Below are positions 48,442-58,891 of a stretch of DNA of 63,635 nucleotides, piece after piece (position 1 is the first letter of the stretch; every line of letters starts with the position of its first letter). The notes beneath the pieces are model-generated. The model was not told where the DNA came from. It searched no databases and worked only from the letters and a program-made list of their open reading frames with translations. The position numbers and the translations under genes were made by a program. Source of the stretch: an uncultured bacterium (lineage in GTDB: Bacteria; Pseudomonadota; Gammaproteobacteria; Burkholderiales; Burkholderiaceae_E); NCBI GenBank assembly GCA_903864485.1, contig CAIPGD010000079.1:1-63635 (forward strand). Direction: 5' to 3'.

Positions 48442-49755
48442 ATGACCCCTCAGATTGAAGTTCTCGCCGGACTTGAGCGCCGCCTCTCACTCGCGGTTTC
48501 GATCGCATCGATTCAACACGAAACCCGTACTCGTCTGGTTCAGATTGCCAAGACGATGCGAGTGCCCGGCTTTCGCCCGGGTAAGGTGCCGATCAAGATG
48601 GTTGAACAAACTCACGGCCAGCAAGTCAGTTCTGAAGTCCTCGGTGACGCGGTCTCGAAGTCTTTCAGTGATGCCGTCGCCAGTCATGGCCTGAAAGTGG
48701 CCGGTGATCCCAGGATTGAGCCAGTGATGCCAACCGAGGGTGGCGACCTGAGCGAATACCAATTTAGCGCGATCTTTGAGGTTTTCCCTGAGTTCACCTT
48801 GCCGACCCCTGCGGATGAGACCTTTAAACGCTTTCTGAGTCCAGTGGGCGATGCTGAGGTTGATCGCACCATCGAGACCCTGCGCCGTCAGCGGACCCAC
48901 TGGGAGACCGTCGAGCGTGCTGCTCAGGATGCCGATCGGGTGACGATCGATTTTCGGGGCAGCCTCGATGGCGTTGAATTTCAGGGTGGTAGCGCTGAAA
49001 ACTTCCCCTTCGTTTTAGGCGAAGGGAAGATGCTGGGGGATTTTGAGACTGGTGTCCGCGGCGCCGCGACGGGTGAACAGCGTACCTTTACGGTGCAGTT
49101 TCCGGCCGACTATCAGGCGGAGAATCTTGCAGGTAAAGCCGCTCAGTTCGACATCACGGTGCGCTTGGTCGAAGGCCCGGTCTTACCCGAACTCGACGCC
49201 GCTTTCGCGGTTCAATTTGGCATACCCGATGGGGATCTCGAGCAGATGCGCGCTGATGTTCGGGCGAATCTTGAGCGCGAAGTCGCTCAACGCCTGCGGT
49301 CGAGAACAAAGTCTCAGATCATGGATCGACTCACGGAGTTGACCCAATTTGACCTGCCGACGGCCCTCGTCGGGGCGGAAGCGGCCCGAATGGTCGAGGG
49401 CGCCAAGGCCGAACTCAAGCAGCGCGGCATCGACACGGCCCAAATGCCTGTGCCGCCCGATGCCTTTCAGGTTCAGGCTGAACGGCGAGTCCGGCTGGGA
49501 CTGATCATCGGTGAAATGGTTCGGACCCACAAACTGCAGGCCCGTCCGGATCAGATCCGGCGCCAGATTGAGGAGTTCGCGCAGGCTTATGAAGATCCGG
49601 GCGAATTAATTCGTTGGTACTACAGTGACCGCGAACGTCTGGCCGATGTCGAAGCACTGGTGGTCGAGCAAAATGTGGTCGACTGGGTTCTGGAGCATGG
49701 TAAGACTGAAGAGGTTTCTCTTGGATTCGATGAATTAATGGAGGCAAACGCATGA
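48442..49755 (+). CDS. tig: trigger factor
   Basis: Ribosome-binding motif [10 protein letters not shown], a central FKBP-like domain, and the conserved tig-clpP-clpX-lon order. Confidence 0.95.
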   Translation: MTPQIEVLAGLERRLSLAVSIASIQHETRTRLVQIAKTMRVPGFRPGKVPIKMVEQTHGQQVSSEVLGDAVSKSFSDAVASHGLKVAGDPRIEPVMPTEGGDLSEYQFSAIFEVFPEFTLPTPADETFKRFLSPVGDAEVDRTIETLRRQRTHWETVERAAQDADRVTIDFRGSLDGVEFQGGSAENFPFVLGEGKMLGDFETGVRGAATGEQRTFTVQFPADYQAENLAGKAAQFDITVRLVEGPVLPELDAAFAVQFGIPDGDLEQMRADVRANLEREVAQRLRSRTKSQIMDRLTELTQFDLPTALVGAEAARMVEGAKAELKQRGIDTAQMPVPPDAFQVQAERRVRLGLIIGEMVRTHKLQARPDQIRRQIEEFAQAYEDPGELIRWYYSDRERLADVEALVVEQNVVDWVLEHGKTEEVSLGFDELMEANA

Positions 49756-50381
49756 TGTCGACCTACTCGGTGCAGGAGCCTCAGGGCCTCGGCATGGTTC
49801 CGATCGTGATCGAGCAGAGTGGCCGCGGCGAAAGGGCCTATGACATCTACTCGCGGCTCCTTCGCGAGCGGGTGATTTTTCTGGTCGGTCCGATCAATGA
49901 TCACAGTGCCAATCTCGTGATGGCACAGCTGCTTTTTCTTGAATCCGAGAATCCGGACAAGGACATCTCGCTCTACATCAACTCTCCGGGCGGATCGGTT
50001 TCGGCCGGTCTCGCGATTTTTGACACGATGCGCTTCATCAAATCCGATGTGTCGACGCTCTGTTGTGGCCTGGCGGCAAGCATGGGCGCCTTCCTGTTGG
50101 CCGCGGGTCAAAAGGGCAAACGCTTCGCGCTGCCCAACTCGCGAATCATGATCCACCAACCGCTGGGTGGGGTCTCGGGTCAGGCGTCTGATATTGAGAT
50201 TCACGCACGGGAAATTTTGTTTCTGCGCGAGCGACTTAACTCACTTCTTGCCGAAAACACGGGTCAGCCGATCGAGAAGATTGCCCGCGACACCGATCGC
50301 GACAACTTTCTGTCGGTAGACGATGCGGTAAGCTACGGATTAGTCGATAAGGTATTGATGCGTCGGGAGCCGGCGGCTTAG
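49752..50381 (+). CDS. clpP: ATP-dependent Clp protease proteolytic subunit
   Basis: Catalytic Ser in [11 protein letters not shown] and His in [13 protein letters not shown] lies 7 nt upstream of ATG 49752, which overlaps the tig stop. Confidence 0.97.
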   Translation: MMSTYSVQEPQGLGMVPIVIEQSGRGERAYDIYSRLLRERVIFLVGPINDHSANLVMAQLLFLESENPDKDISLYINSPGGSVSAGLAIFDTMRFIKSDVSTLCCGLAASMGAFLLAAGQKGKRFALPNSRIMIHQPLGGVSGQASDIEIHAREILFLRERLNSLLAENTGQPIEKIARDTDRDNFLSVDDAVSYGLVDKVLMRREPAA

Positions 50382-50434
50382 GACGATCAGTCGATCGTTA
50401 GTTAGGCGAATTTTTCACGGGATCTGGGGACGCA

Positions 50435-51721
50435 ATGACCGAAAAGAAGGGCTCGAGCGAGAAGCTTTTGTACTGCTCTTTTTGCGGCAAGAGCCAGCAT
50501 GAAGTCCGCAAGCTGATTGCGGGCCCCTCAGTGTTCATTTGTGATGAATGCATTGAACTTTGTAACGACATCATCCGGGATGAATCCGTTGCTGAGACGG
50601 CTCAGGGCTCGGCTAAAACAGGCTTACCCACCCCACACGAAATCTTCGCGATCCTTGATCAATATGTTGTCGGTCAGATCCGGGCCAAGCGAACGCTTGC
50701 GGTTGCGGTTTACAACCACTACAAGCGGCTGCGCCACAAGGGCGCGGCGTCCACTGCCAAAAAGGATGAAATAGAGCTCGCCAAGAGCAATATTTTGCTC
50801 GTCGGGCCGACTGGCTCGGGCAAGACTCTGCTGGCCCAGACCCTGGCCCGTTTGCTTAATGTGCCCTTCGTCATTGCAGATGCAACTACGCTGACCGAAG
50901 CGGGCTATGTCGGCGAGGATGTTGAGAACATCATTCAGAAGCTCCTGCAGAACTGTAACTACGAGGTCGAAAAGGCCCAAAACGGGATCGTCTACATCGA
51001 CGAGATCGACAAGATTTCACGCAAGAGCGACAACCCATCTATTACACGCGATGTTTCAGGCGAAGGCGTCCAGCAAGCCTTGCTGAAGCTTATTGAGGGA
51101 ACTGTCGCCAGTGTGCCTCCGCAGGGGGGGCGGAAGCACCCCAATCAAGATTTCGTCCAGATTGACACCACCAACATTTTGTTTATTTGTGGTGGCGCAT
51201 TTGACGGTCTTGAAAAGGTCATCCGTAGCCGGACCGAAAAGACCGGGATTGGATTTGGCGCAACCGTTCGTGGAGCCTCAGAGCGTTCGACGGGAGAATT
51301 GCTCAAGGAAGTCGAACCCGAGGACTTGCTCAAATTCGGGCTCATTCCAGAACTCGTCGGCCGCTTGCCAGTCGTTGCCACTCTCGACGAACTGGTTGAA
51401 GACGCCTTGGTCCAGATCTTGGTCGAACCCAAGAATGCGTTGGTCAAGCAGTATCACAAGCTGTTTGCGATGGAAGGGGTCGAGCTCGAGGTTCGTCCTG
51501 CAGCCCTGAGTGCAATCGCGCGCAAGGCACTCAAACGCAAGACCGGCGCGCGTGGTTTGCGTTCAATTCTTGAGCAGGCGCTCCTCGAAACCATGTTCGA
51601 TCTGCCCAATCAGCAAGGGGTCCAGAAGGTTGTGGTCGACGAGGGCGCAATCGATGGTCAGGGTAAGCCACTCTTCATTTACGGTGAACAAGCGCCCAAG
51701 CTAGCCGGCGCTTCGCACTAA
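50435..51721 (+). CDS. clpX: ATP-dependent Clp protease ATP-binding subunit ClpX
   Basis: Zinc-binding N-domain [11 protein letters not shown]...ICDECIELC, Walker [16 protein letters not shown], and Walker [10 protein letters not shown]. Confidence 0.98.
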   Translation: MTEKKGSSEKLLYCSFCGKSQHEVRKLIAGPSVFICDECIELCNDIIRDESVAETAQGSAKTGLPTPHEIFAILDQYVVGQIRAKRTLAVAVYNHYKRLRHKGAASTAKKDEIELAKSNILLVGPTGSGKTLLAQTLARLLNVPFVIADATTLTEAGYVGEDVENIIQKLLQNCNYEVEKAQNGIVYIDEIDKISRKSDNPSITRDVSGEGVQQALLKLIEGTVASVPPQGGRKHPNQDFVQIDTTNILFICGGAFDGLEKVIRSRTEKTGIGFGATVRGASERSTGELLKEVEPEDLLKFGLIPELVGRLPVVATLDELVEDALVQILVEPKNALVKQYHKLFAMEGVELEVRPAALSAIARKALKRKTGARGLRSILEQALLETMFDLPNQQGVQKVVVDEGAIDGQGKPLFIYGEQAPKLAGASH

Positions 51722-51731
51722 GACCGGCTGC

Positions 51732-51782
51732 GTCCGCCGCGGTTGAGGCGGCGGGACCAAGCGTGACTCCGTGCGCGCTTGG
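51732..51782 (+). terminator. two tandem GC-rich hairpins downstream of clpX, with no U-tract
   Basis: gtccgccgc-ggttgag-gcggcg(g)gac has 9 bp and one bulge. It is followed by ccaagcg-N12-cgcttgg with 7 bp. Both read directly. Confidence 0.4.
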
Positions 51783-51848
51783 CTGGCCCAACAATTGCGC
51801 CTGATTCCCTGAATTCGCCCTTATTCTTCATTCAAGGCTATTCTGTGT

Positions 51849-51876
51849 CTTGAAAGATGGGCGATCGCCCCGATCT
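51849..51876 (+). promoter_or_regulatory. candidate sigma-32 (heat-shock) promoter for lon
   Basis: CTTGAA (51849-51854), a 13-nt spacer, then CCCCGATCT (51868-51876), about 30 nt upstream of the lon ATG. This matches the CTTGAA-N13/14-CCCCATnT consensus. Confidence 0.55.
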
Positions 51877-51906
51877 GTCGAAAGATCCTTTTGATAGGCG
51901 AATGCC

Positions 51907-54447
51907 ATGACTGACCTGAGTGTGATTGATTCCCCCATGACGTTGCCCCTATTGCCCTTGCGCGACGTCGTTGTCTTCCCGCACATGGTGATTCCTTTGT
52001 TCGTTGGTCGACCCAAATCGATCAAAGCACTGGAATCAGCGATGGAGACGGGCAAGGCGATTATGTTGGTCGCCCAAAAGAACGCTTCAAAAGACGATCC
52101 CGCCGAGGAAGATCTCTACCCCATTGGCTGTGTCGCGAATATCTTGCAGATGCTTAAGCTGCCTGATGGAACCGTCAAGGTATTGGTTGAAGGGAGCTAT
52201 CGGGGCCGATTGGTCAGCATCGATGACATTGGTCCATTCTTCCAATGTGTGGTCGAAGGACTGCCGCTTGACGATGAGGCTGATCCAGATCTTGAAGCGC
52301 TGCGGCGCGCCATTCTTACGCAGTTCGACCAGTACGTAAAACTGAACAAAAAGGTCCCGCCCGAGATTCTTGGGAGCCTTAACGGCATCGAACAACCGGG
52401 TCGCCTGGCCGATACGATCGCGGCCCACTTGCCGATCAAGATCGAGCAAAAGCAAGCCATTCTTGAAGTCTTGCCGGTCGCGGAACGACTTGAAAAACTC
52501 TTGGGCCAGATCGAAGCAGAGCTCGATATTCTGCAGGTCGAAAAACGTATTCGGGGGCGCGTCAAGCGCCAGATGGAAAAAAGCCAACGCGAGTACTACC
52601 TGAACGAACAGGTCAAGGCGATCCAAAAGGAGCTCGGTGAAGGCGAGGAGGGCGCCGACATTGACGAACTCGAAAAGAAGATCGAATTGGCGCGAATGCC
52701 AAAAGAAGCTCGCAAAAAAGCCGATGCCGAGCTCAAGAAACTGCGTCTAATGAGCCCGATGAGCGCCGAGGCAACCGTAGTACGTAATTACATCGATGTG
52801 CTGGTCAACCTGCCCTGGAAGCGCAAGAGCAAAGTCAACGGCGATCTCGCCAATGCGGAGGCAGTACTCGATGCTGACCACTGGGGCTTGGAGCGTGTCA
52901 AAGAGCGGATTGTCGAATATCTCGCGGTCCAGCAGCGTGTCGACAAAGTGAAGTCGCCCATCCTTTGTCTGGTTGGTCCTCCAGGGGTCGGCAAGACCTC
53001 GCTTGGCCAGTCAATTGCCCGGGCAACCAATCGAAAATATGTCCGAATGGCCTTGGGTGGGGTCCGCGATGAGTCCGAAATCCGGGGACATCGACGGACC
53101 TACATTGGCTCGATGCCAGGCAAAATTCTTCAGAATCTGACCAAGATCGGAGTCCGAAATCCGCTTTTCCTCCTCGATGAAATCGACAAAATGGGGATGG
53201 ATTTCCGCGGTGATCCTGCCAGTGCATTACTGGAAGTTCTTGATCCAGAACAGAACGGTACGTTCACCGATCATTATGTCGAGGTGGAATACGACCTGTC
53301 GGACGTGATGTTTGTTGCGACCGCGAACACGCTGAATATTCCGGCCGCACTGCTTGACCGGATGGAGGTAATTCGTCTCTCGGGCTATACGGAAGATGAA
53401 AAGGTCGCCATCGCGACCCGCTATTTGCTCCCCAAGCAGATGCGCAACAACGGACTCAAAGACGGTGAATTGACGGTATCCGAGAGCGCAGTGCGCGACA
53501 TCATTCGCTACTACACCCGAGAAGCCGGGGTTCGAGCCCTCGAGCGCGAGGTGGGCAAGATCTGCCGTAAGGTCGTACGGCGAATGGTGCTCAAGAAAGG
53601 TCAGCTGGTTGTTGAGCCTTCCGATCAGCCGGCCACCAGCACTAGCACCGACCCTGCTGATGCACCAGCGTTACTCGGTCAGGGCTCTGGGGCCGCGCAG
53701 AAAACTCCGCCGCTCGGCAAGATACATGTCAACGCCGCCAACCTTGATCAGTTTTTGAGCGTACGCCGCTACAGCTACGGCGTCGCCGAAAAAGAGAATC
53801 AGGTTGGGCAGGTGACTGGACTGGCCTGGACGGAGGTTGGTGGAGAGCTCCTCACCATCGAAGCCGTTTCGGTTCCGGGTAAGGGCCAGGCGACCTTCAC
53901 GGGGAAGCTCGGTGATGTGATGCAAGAATCAATCAAAGCGGCAATGACTGTGGTCCGGCGACGCGCTCAACTGTTCGGACTCAAGCCGGATTTTCATGAG
54001 AAACGCGACATCCACATTCACGTGCCGGAAGGGGCTACTCCAAAGGACGGCCCTAGCGCAGGCATCGCGATGACGACCGCGCTGGTATCGGTTCTGACCG
54101 GGATACCCGTTCGGGCAGACGTCGCGATGACAGGAGAGGTCACGCTACGGGGCGAGGTGCTGGCAATTGGGGGCCTCAAGGAAAAGCTGTTGGCGGCGCT
54201 CCGAGGAGGTATCAAGAGGGTCCTGATACCCGAGGAGAACACGCGAGACCTCCCTGAAATTCCGGATAACGTCAAAAATAATCTCGAGATTATTCCGGTG
54301 CGTTGGATCGATCGAGTGCTCGAACTGGCGCTGGAACGTTTGCCGGAGCCCCTGCATGAAGACGAAGTTGCCGAAGTTCTGGTGGCTCCGACGACCCCAA
54401 CCGTTGCGACGGAGACCGCTGTTGTGGGTGATCGACTGAAACACTGA
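51907..54447 (+). CDS. lon: ATP-dependent protease Lon
   Basis: LON N-domain, Walker A GPPGVGKTSLGQS, and catalytic Ser in PKDGPSAGIAMTTA. Confidence 0.98.
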   Translation: MTDLSVIDSPMTLPLLPLRDVVVFPHMVIPLFVGRPKSIKALESAMETGKAIMLVAQKNASKDDPAEEDLYPIGCVANILQMLKLPDGTVKVLVEGSYRGRLVSIDDIGPFFQCVVEGLPLDDEADPDLEALRRAILTQFDQYVKLNKKVPPEILGSLNGIEQPGRLADTIAAHLPIKIEQKQAILEVLPVAERLEKLLGQIEAELDILQVEKRIRGRVKRQMEKSQREYYLNEQVKAIQKELGEGEEGADIDELEKKIELARMPKEARKKADAELKKLRLMSPMSAEATVVRNYIDVLVNLPWKRKSKVNGDLANAEAVLDADHWGLERVKERIVEYLAVQQRVDKVKSPILCLVGPPGVGKTSLGQSIARATNRKYVRMALGGVRDESEIRGHRRTYIGSMPGKILQNLTKIGVRNPLFLLDEIDKMGMDFRGDPASALLEVLDPEQNGTFTDHYVEVEYDLSDVMFVATANTLNIPAALLDRMEVIRLSGYTEDEKVAIATRYLLPKQMRNNGLKDGELTVSESAVRDIIRYYTREAGVRALEREVGKICRKVVRRMVLKKGQLVVEPSDQPATSTSTDPADAPALLGQGSGAAQKTPPLGKIHVNAANLDQFLSVRRYSYGVAEKENQVGQVTGLAWTEVGGELLTIEAVSVPGKGQATFTGKLGDVMQESIKAAMTVVRRRAQLFGLKPDFHEKRDIHIHVPEGATPKDGPSAGIAMTTALVSVLTGIPVRADVAMTGEVTLRGEVLAIGGLKEKLLAALRGGIKRVLIPEENTRDLPEIPDNVKNNLEIIPVRWIDRVLELALERLPEPLHEDEVAEVLVAPTTPTVATETAVVGDRLKH

Positions 54448-54628
54448 TGCACTAGTGCTAATCCGGCTTGACACCAAACCGCTGGTCGGTTTGAATACCC
54501 ACATCGGCCATCTCCGTGATTATCGGGGCAATTTTTGTCAGTGAGTTCTTGGCAGATAATCCCCCGGTCTCCCCAAATTTAGAATTCTCGCGCGACCTTT
54601 TTCGCACATTCACATAGGATTGATTGAA

Positions 54629-54901
54629 GTGAACAAAACCGAGCTGATCGACCACATTGCAGCGAGCGCTGATATTTCCAAAGCGTCCGCAGGTCGCGCC
54701 CTGGACGCCCTGATCGGCGGAATCGAAGATTCTCTGCGCAAAGGCGATGCAGTGACTCTCGTTGGGTTCGGTACCTTCGCGGTGGGAAAGCGCGCGGCTC
54801 GCACGGGTCGTAACCCGCGTACAGGCGAAGAGATCCAAATCAGTGCCGCCAAGGTTCCAAAGTTTCGTCCAGGTAAAGGCCTGCGCGACGCGATCAACTG
54901 A
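54629..54901 (+). CDS. hupB: DNA-binding protein HU-beta
   Basis: [10 protein letters not shown]...[26 protein letters not shown]...KFRPGK. GTG 54629 has AGGA 9 nt upstream. Confidence 0.95.
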   Translation: MNKTELIDHIAASADISKASAGRALDALIGGIEDSLRKGDAVTLVGFGTFAVGKRAARTGRNPRTGEEIQISAAKVPKFRPGKGLRDAIN

Positions 54902-54948
54902 GAATTTGCAGAGTTTATCTACCCAAGGTAAACTCTCGCCCTTCGACT

Positions 54949-55024
54949 GGGTGCTTAGCTCAGTTGGTAGAGCGGCGCCTTTACACGGCGTAGGTCGGGA
55001 GTTCGAGCCTCTCAGCACCCACCA
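54949..55024 (+). tRNA. tRNA-Val (anticodon UAC)
   Basis: Acceptor GGGTGCT/AGCACCC plus ACCA, anticodon loop CTTACAC, and T-arm GGGAGTTCGAGCCTC. Confidence 0.95.
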
Positions 55025-55129
55025 AGATTGCGCAATCGTTTGATGCGTTTTCCTGGTCCCTGCGAATTTGAGGCTTCCTCAGATTTTGCAGATTTTTTAT
55101 TGGTCGGGCGGCAACGCTTGTCCAGTCGC

Positions 55130-55206
55130 GGAGCGGTAGTTCAGTTGGTTAGAATACCGGCCTGTCACGCCGGGGGTCGCGGGTTCGAGTCCCGTCCGCT
55201 CCGCCA
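55130..55206 (+). tRNA. tRNA-Asp (anticodon GUC)
   Basis: Acceptor GGAGCGG/CCGCTCC plus GCCA, anticodon loop CTGTCAC, and T-arm GCGGGTTCGAGTCCCGT. Confidence 0.95.
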
Positions 55207-55219
55207 ACAAACCAAATAA

Positions 55220-55241
55220 GGGCCGTCCGGCCCTTTTTTTT
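55220..55241 (+). terminator. rho-independent terminator after tRNA-Asp
   Basis: GGGCCG-TC-CGGCCC stem followed by T8. Confidence 0.8.
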
Positions 55242-55257
55242 GATCGTCCAAAGTCCG

Positions 55258-57207
55258 ATGTTCGATACCGTTCGTAACCACCAGCGAGCACTGCAGTTTG
55301 TTTTGTTACTGCTGATCCTGCCGTCCTTCATTTTTTTTGGGTTGTCGGGTTACGACAAATTTCTCGGCAAGGACGACGAGGTCGCGAAAATCGGCGACAA
55401 GAAGGTATCCAAGCAAGAGCTTGATGCTGCGGTGCGTGAGCAAGTTGCGCGGATGCGCGCGTCTCTGGGGCCGAATGCCGACGGTCAAGCCATCGAGACC
55501 CCACAATTACGCGGACAGGTTCTCGATGGACTGATCGATGAACGCGCCCTCGATCTGTATGTCGGGCGCCAACATTTGGTCGTGGCGGATGACACCTTGC
55601 GGCGTGCCATTTCGGCCCAAACTGATTTGCTCAAACCGGATGGCTCTTTTGATCGCGAGCGGTACCGCGAATTGCTGGCTGCGCAGGGGCGTACCGAAGC
55701 CAGCTTTGAGGCGTCCTTGCGACAAGACATCGCTCGCAGCTTGATCCCCCAGGCGTTTGGTCAGTCCGCGATGGTCCCCAAGCGGGTGACGCAGCGCTTA
55801 ATGGAAGGTCTGGCTCAATCCCGCGAGTTCTCGCTGCTGCAGTTTCGGCCCAATGATTTTGCTACCCAGCTGGTACCCACCGAAGAGCAATTGGTGCAGT
55901 TTCATCGCGACCAAGCGCCTCGATTTACGACTCCCCAATCCGCAAAGGTTTCGTGGGTGGTGTTGAGCGCGGACAATCTGGGGCGTCAAATTAAAATTTC
56001 CGAGGATGAACTTCGTACTTATTACGAGCAGAATCGCGCCCGTCTTGGGCGCCCCGAGCGACGCCGGGCTAGTCATATTTTGGTTCAGGTGCCAGCTCAA
56101 GCCTCTGAGGCGGATGCTGAAAAGGCTAAATCCAAGGCGCAGGCGTTGCTAGCGCAGGTACGCGATGCTTCTGCCGAGGGCTTTGCGGCAATTGCTCGCA
56201 CACAATCTGAGGACGCAGGCTCAAAGGCAGCCGGCGGGGATCTCGACTGGTTCACACCCGATTCAATGGTCAAGCCGTTTGCGGATGCGGTCTTTGCGGC
56301 TAAGAGCATCGGTTTGGTGGACGAACTCGTGCGCAGTGAGTTTGGATTTCATATTATTCGGCTAAGTGGTATCGAGCCGGCCCAAACCAAGCCATTCGCA
56401 GAGGTTCGCGAACAGCTGGAGGCGGAGCTCAAGAAACAACAGGCGGGCAAGCGATACGCCGAATCTGCGGAGTCTTTTTCGAACCTGGTCTACGAACAGA
56501 GTGATTCGCTCGAATCCGCCGCGAGCCGTTTTGGTTTGACGATTCAAACATTTGAGGGTGTGACACCCGAGGGACCCTCTAAGGCGTCGGACAAGCTGTC
56601 TGGCAAAGAGGCCAATAAGGGAGTAGTTGTCGCTGATTTGGCACCGTTATCTAATCGTCGTTTGTTAACGACCCTTTTTTCCGAAGATTCCATTCGGACT
56701 CGTCGTAATTCGGAAGCAATCGAAACGGCGCCTGGCACCTTGGTTTCGGCGCGCCTGGTTGACCATCAGCCGGCACTGCTGCGTCCATTGGAAACAGTCC
56801 GAGCTGAGGTGAAGTCACTTTGGATTGAGACCCAGTCGCGTCAGTTAGCCTCCAAAGCCGGGGCTACCCAATTGAAACAACTCCAGGACGGAGCCAAACC
56901 GGAAGCGACCTTTGCGCAGGGTGGAAAAATCAGTCGAATGGACCGGGGCGGTTTGGCACCCACGGTTGTCAATGCGGTCTTATCCGCTTCGGTTTCCAAG
57001 CTGCCGGCCTATGTCGGAGTCGATCTTGGGGAACGAGGCTATGTGATCGCCCGGATTGACGCGGTTCAAGCCGGTGATCTTGGTCCCGCGAAAGCCAATG
57101 AGGCCCAACTTGAAGCGCAGATTCGCCGCACGGAAGGCGAGCAATCCGTTGCCACTTGGCTCAAGTCGTGGCAATCGACGCTCGGCGTGCAGCGATCGGC
57201 GCGTTAG
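55258..57207 (+). CDS. ppiD: periplasmic chaperone / peptidyl-prolyl isomerase PpiD
   Basis: N-terminal TM anchor (ALQFVLLLLILPSFIFFG), SurA-like regions, and a parvulin segment (ASHILV...SEFGFHIIRL). Conserved position after hupB and the tRNAs. Confidence 0.88.
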   Translation: MFDTVRNHQRALQFVLLLLILPSFIFFGLSGYDKFLGKDDEVAKIGDKKVSKQELDAAVREQVARMRASLGPNADGQAIETPQLRGQVLDGLIDERALDLYVGRQHLVVADDTLRRAISAQTDLLKPDGSFDRERYRELLAAQGRTEASFEASLRQDIARSLIPQAFGQSAMVPKRVTQRLMEGLAQSREFSLLQFRPNDFATQLVPTEEQLVQFHRDQAPRFTTPQSAKVSWVVLSADNLGRQIKISEDELRTYYEQNRARLGRPERRRASHILVQVPAQASEADAEKAKSKAQALLAQVRDASAEGFAAIARTQSEDAGSKAAGGDLDWFTPDSMVKPFADAVFAAKSIGLVDELVRSEFGFHIIRLSGIEPAQTKPFAEVREQLEAELKKQQAGKRYAESAESFSNLVYEQSDSLESAASRFGLTIQTFEGVTPEGPSKASDKLSGKEANKGVVVADLAPLSNRRLLTTLFSEDSIRTRRNSEAIETAPGTLVSARLVDHQPALLRPLETVRAEVKSLWIETQSRQLASKAGATQLKQLQDGAKPEATFAQGGKISRMDRGGLAPTVVNAVLSASVSKLPAYVGVDLGERGYVIARIDAVQAGDLGPAKANEAQLEAQIRRTEGEQSVATWLKSWQSTLGVQRSAR

Positions 57208-58276
57208 CTTGGTTTTTGAAGTGTGTGCCAATTAGTTGTGCCATACGCTCAATGGCTAGGTGATCGAGCGTTTCCGAATTGACTACAAATGCACTCGAGA
57301 GTGCTTCAAAGTTTCGATCCATGGCTCGGTCATACGATGGATCGTAATGTTCGACCAAGACGCTCTCGACAAACGCCCGCCAGTTACTGATGTTGATCAG
57401 TTGCTTCCAATCAGTGATTCGTTGTTTGGGGTGGAGGGGGGCAATGTGCTCAATCTGTTGTAGCAGGCCATCGCGATTGGTCGTCCAGTGCGCATATTCC
57501 TCGATCAAGAACTGCGCACGAACAATCGCTGGAACTTCAACATGGATGCACGGTGACTGGCGCATTGTCTGAATCAGGGCGTCTGGAATGTGCAGTTGTC
57601 CGACTTTTTTACTTTCAGACTCGACAAAGACCGGTCTGGATGGATCGAAGCCACGTATCTCGTTCCAGACCATTGATTCAAACCACTTTTGAGTGGGTTG
57701 GGGGGCATCTGGGAGACCCCCCAACACCGATCCCCGGTGGCGTGCCAGGGCTTCAAGATCGAGCACTTGCCAGCCTTGTCGAGAAAGCGCTTCCAGTATT
57801 CGACTTTTTGCGCTGCCGGTTCTGCCTGCCAAAACGACCCAGCTGTATCGTTCTGGGCGATCACCCAAATCGATCAGTACCTGACGACGATAGGCCCGAT
57901 AACCTCCCTCAAGCACCCGCACCGACCATCCAATCCGAGCGAGAACGGTAGCCATCGCGTTGGAACGCTGTCCGCCTCGCCAGCAATACACCAATGGAGA
58001 CCACGACCTTGGTCGATCCTGAAACGTTTCTTCAATCTGTCGCCCAACGTTGCGCGCGACCCATGCCGCTCCGAGCCGATTGGCTTCGAACGCCCCGCGC
58101 TGCGAATGAATCGTTCCGATCGTTGCGCGTTGAGTGTCGTCTAGCACCGGGGTTGAAATCGCCCCTGGCACATGATCCAGCTCAAATTCGGACGGGCTAC
58201 GGGTATCCAGCAGGTCATCAAATTGCTCAAATTGGGCAATTGCATCGTCGACCGAGATTCGGATGGGTTCGCGCAT
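57161..58276 (-). CDS. mnmH: tRNA 2-selenouridine synthase
   Basis: Rhodanese domain with active-site YCWRGGQRS, plus P-loop LAGRTGSAKS. ~371 aa, as for SelU/MnmH. Confidence 0.85.
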   Translation of the reverse strand: MREPIRISVDDAIAQFEQFDDLLDTRSPSEFELDHVPGAISTPVLDDTQRATIGTIHSQRGAFEANRLGAAWVARNVGRQIEETFQDRPRSWSPLVYCWRGGQRSNAMATVLARIGWSVRVLEGGYRAYRRQVLIDLGDRPERYSWVVLAGRTGSAKSRILEALSRQGWQVLDLEALARHRGSVLGGLPDAPQPTQKWFESMVWNEIRGFDPSRPVFVESESKKVGQLHIPDALIQTMRQSPCIHVEVPAIVRAQFLIEEYAHWTTNRDGLLQQIEHIAPLHPKQRITDWKQLINISNWRAFVESVLVEHYDPSYDRAMDRNFEALSSAFVVNSETLDHLAIERMAQLIGTHFKNQANAPIAARRASIATT

Positions 58277-58334
58277 GGTCAGGAGTCTAAAATGACGAAG
58301 TGGAAAATATTCATAGCGATGTATTGGTGGTTAC

Positions 58335-58823
58335 GTGAGAGTTTTTGATCTTGGATGTGATCAGGGACATCTCTTCGAGGGCTGGTTTCGATCGAACGAG
58401 GACTACGGTACCCAGCGGGATTGCGGTCAACTCGTTTGCCCGATCTGCGGTAGCTTCAACATCGACAAGCGCCTCTCTGCTCCCAGAATAAACCTTGGTG
58501 CTGGCCAGGATCCGCAGGCTTCTTCCGCAGTCACAGTCTCTCAATCAACAGAACCCGGTCAGGTCCAGGCGCACGATCCAAAAGCACTCGATCCGCATGC
58601 GCTACAGGCACTTTGGTTACGAATGGCTCGTCTGGTCGTGGCCAATACGGAGGATGTAGGCCGGGCATTTGCGAGTGAAGTGCGGCGGATTCGGGATGAA
58701 GAGGCGCCGGAGCGCCCCATTCGGGGATTGGCCAGCCCCGAGGAAACCCGCGAGCTTCTAGATGAGGGTATTGAGGTCCTTGCGCTCCCGCTGCCTCTGG
58801 ATCTTCTGGGGCCGCTGCAATAG
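58335..58823 (+). CDS. DUF1178 family protein, function unknown
   Basis: N-terminus RVFDLGCDQGHLFEGWFRS...CPICGS matches my recollection of DUF1178. GTG start. Confidence 0.65.
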   Translation: MRVFDLGCDQGHLFEGWFRSNEDYGTQRDCGQLVCPICGSFNIDKRLSAPRINLGAGQDPQASSAVTVSQSTEPGQVQAHDPKALDPHALQALWLRMARLVVANTEDVGRAFASEVRRIRDEEAPERPIRGLASPEETRELLDEGIEVLALPLPLDLLGPLQ

Positions 58824-58891
58824 CGTTAGACGCCTGATTGTAGCTGCAGATAAACTCCGGTCTCAATCGAAAGCCAATCGGGAGACCGCGC

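Noticed and set aside
54468-54496. Sigma-70-like promoter TTGACA-N17-TTGAAT upstream of hupB
   Set aside because: The spacing is ideal but the -10 matches only 4/6. The spacer is occupied by a 7-bp hairpin (caaaccg...cggtttg) that more likely ends the lon transcript. Too weak to report as a feature.
54458-55018. 186-aa reverse-strand ORF
   Set aside because: It is antisense to hupB and runs through tRNA-Val. It has no recognisable motifs, and its open frame is explained by the GC-rich opposite strand.
55025-55129. Possible third tRNA or small RNA in the 105-bp tRNA-Val/tRNA-Asp spacer
   Set aside because: No cloverleaf can be folded by eye, with no acceptor or T-arm complementarity, and there is no obvious promoter/terminator pair.
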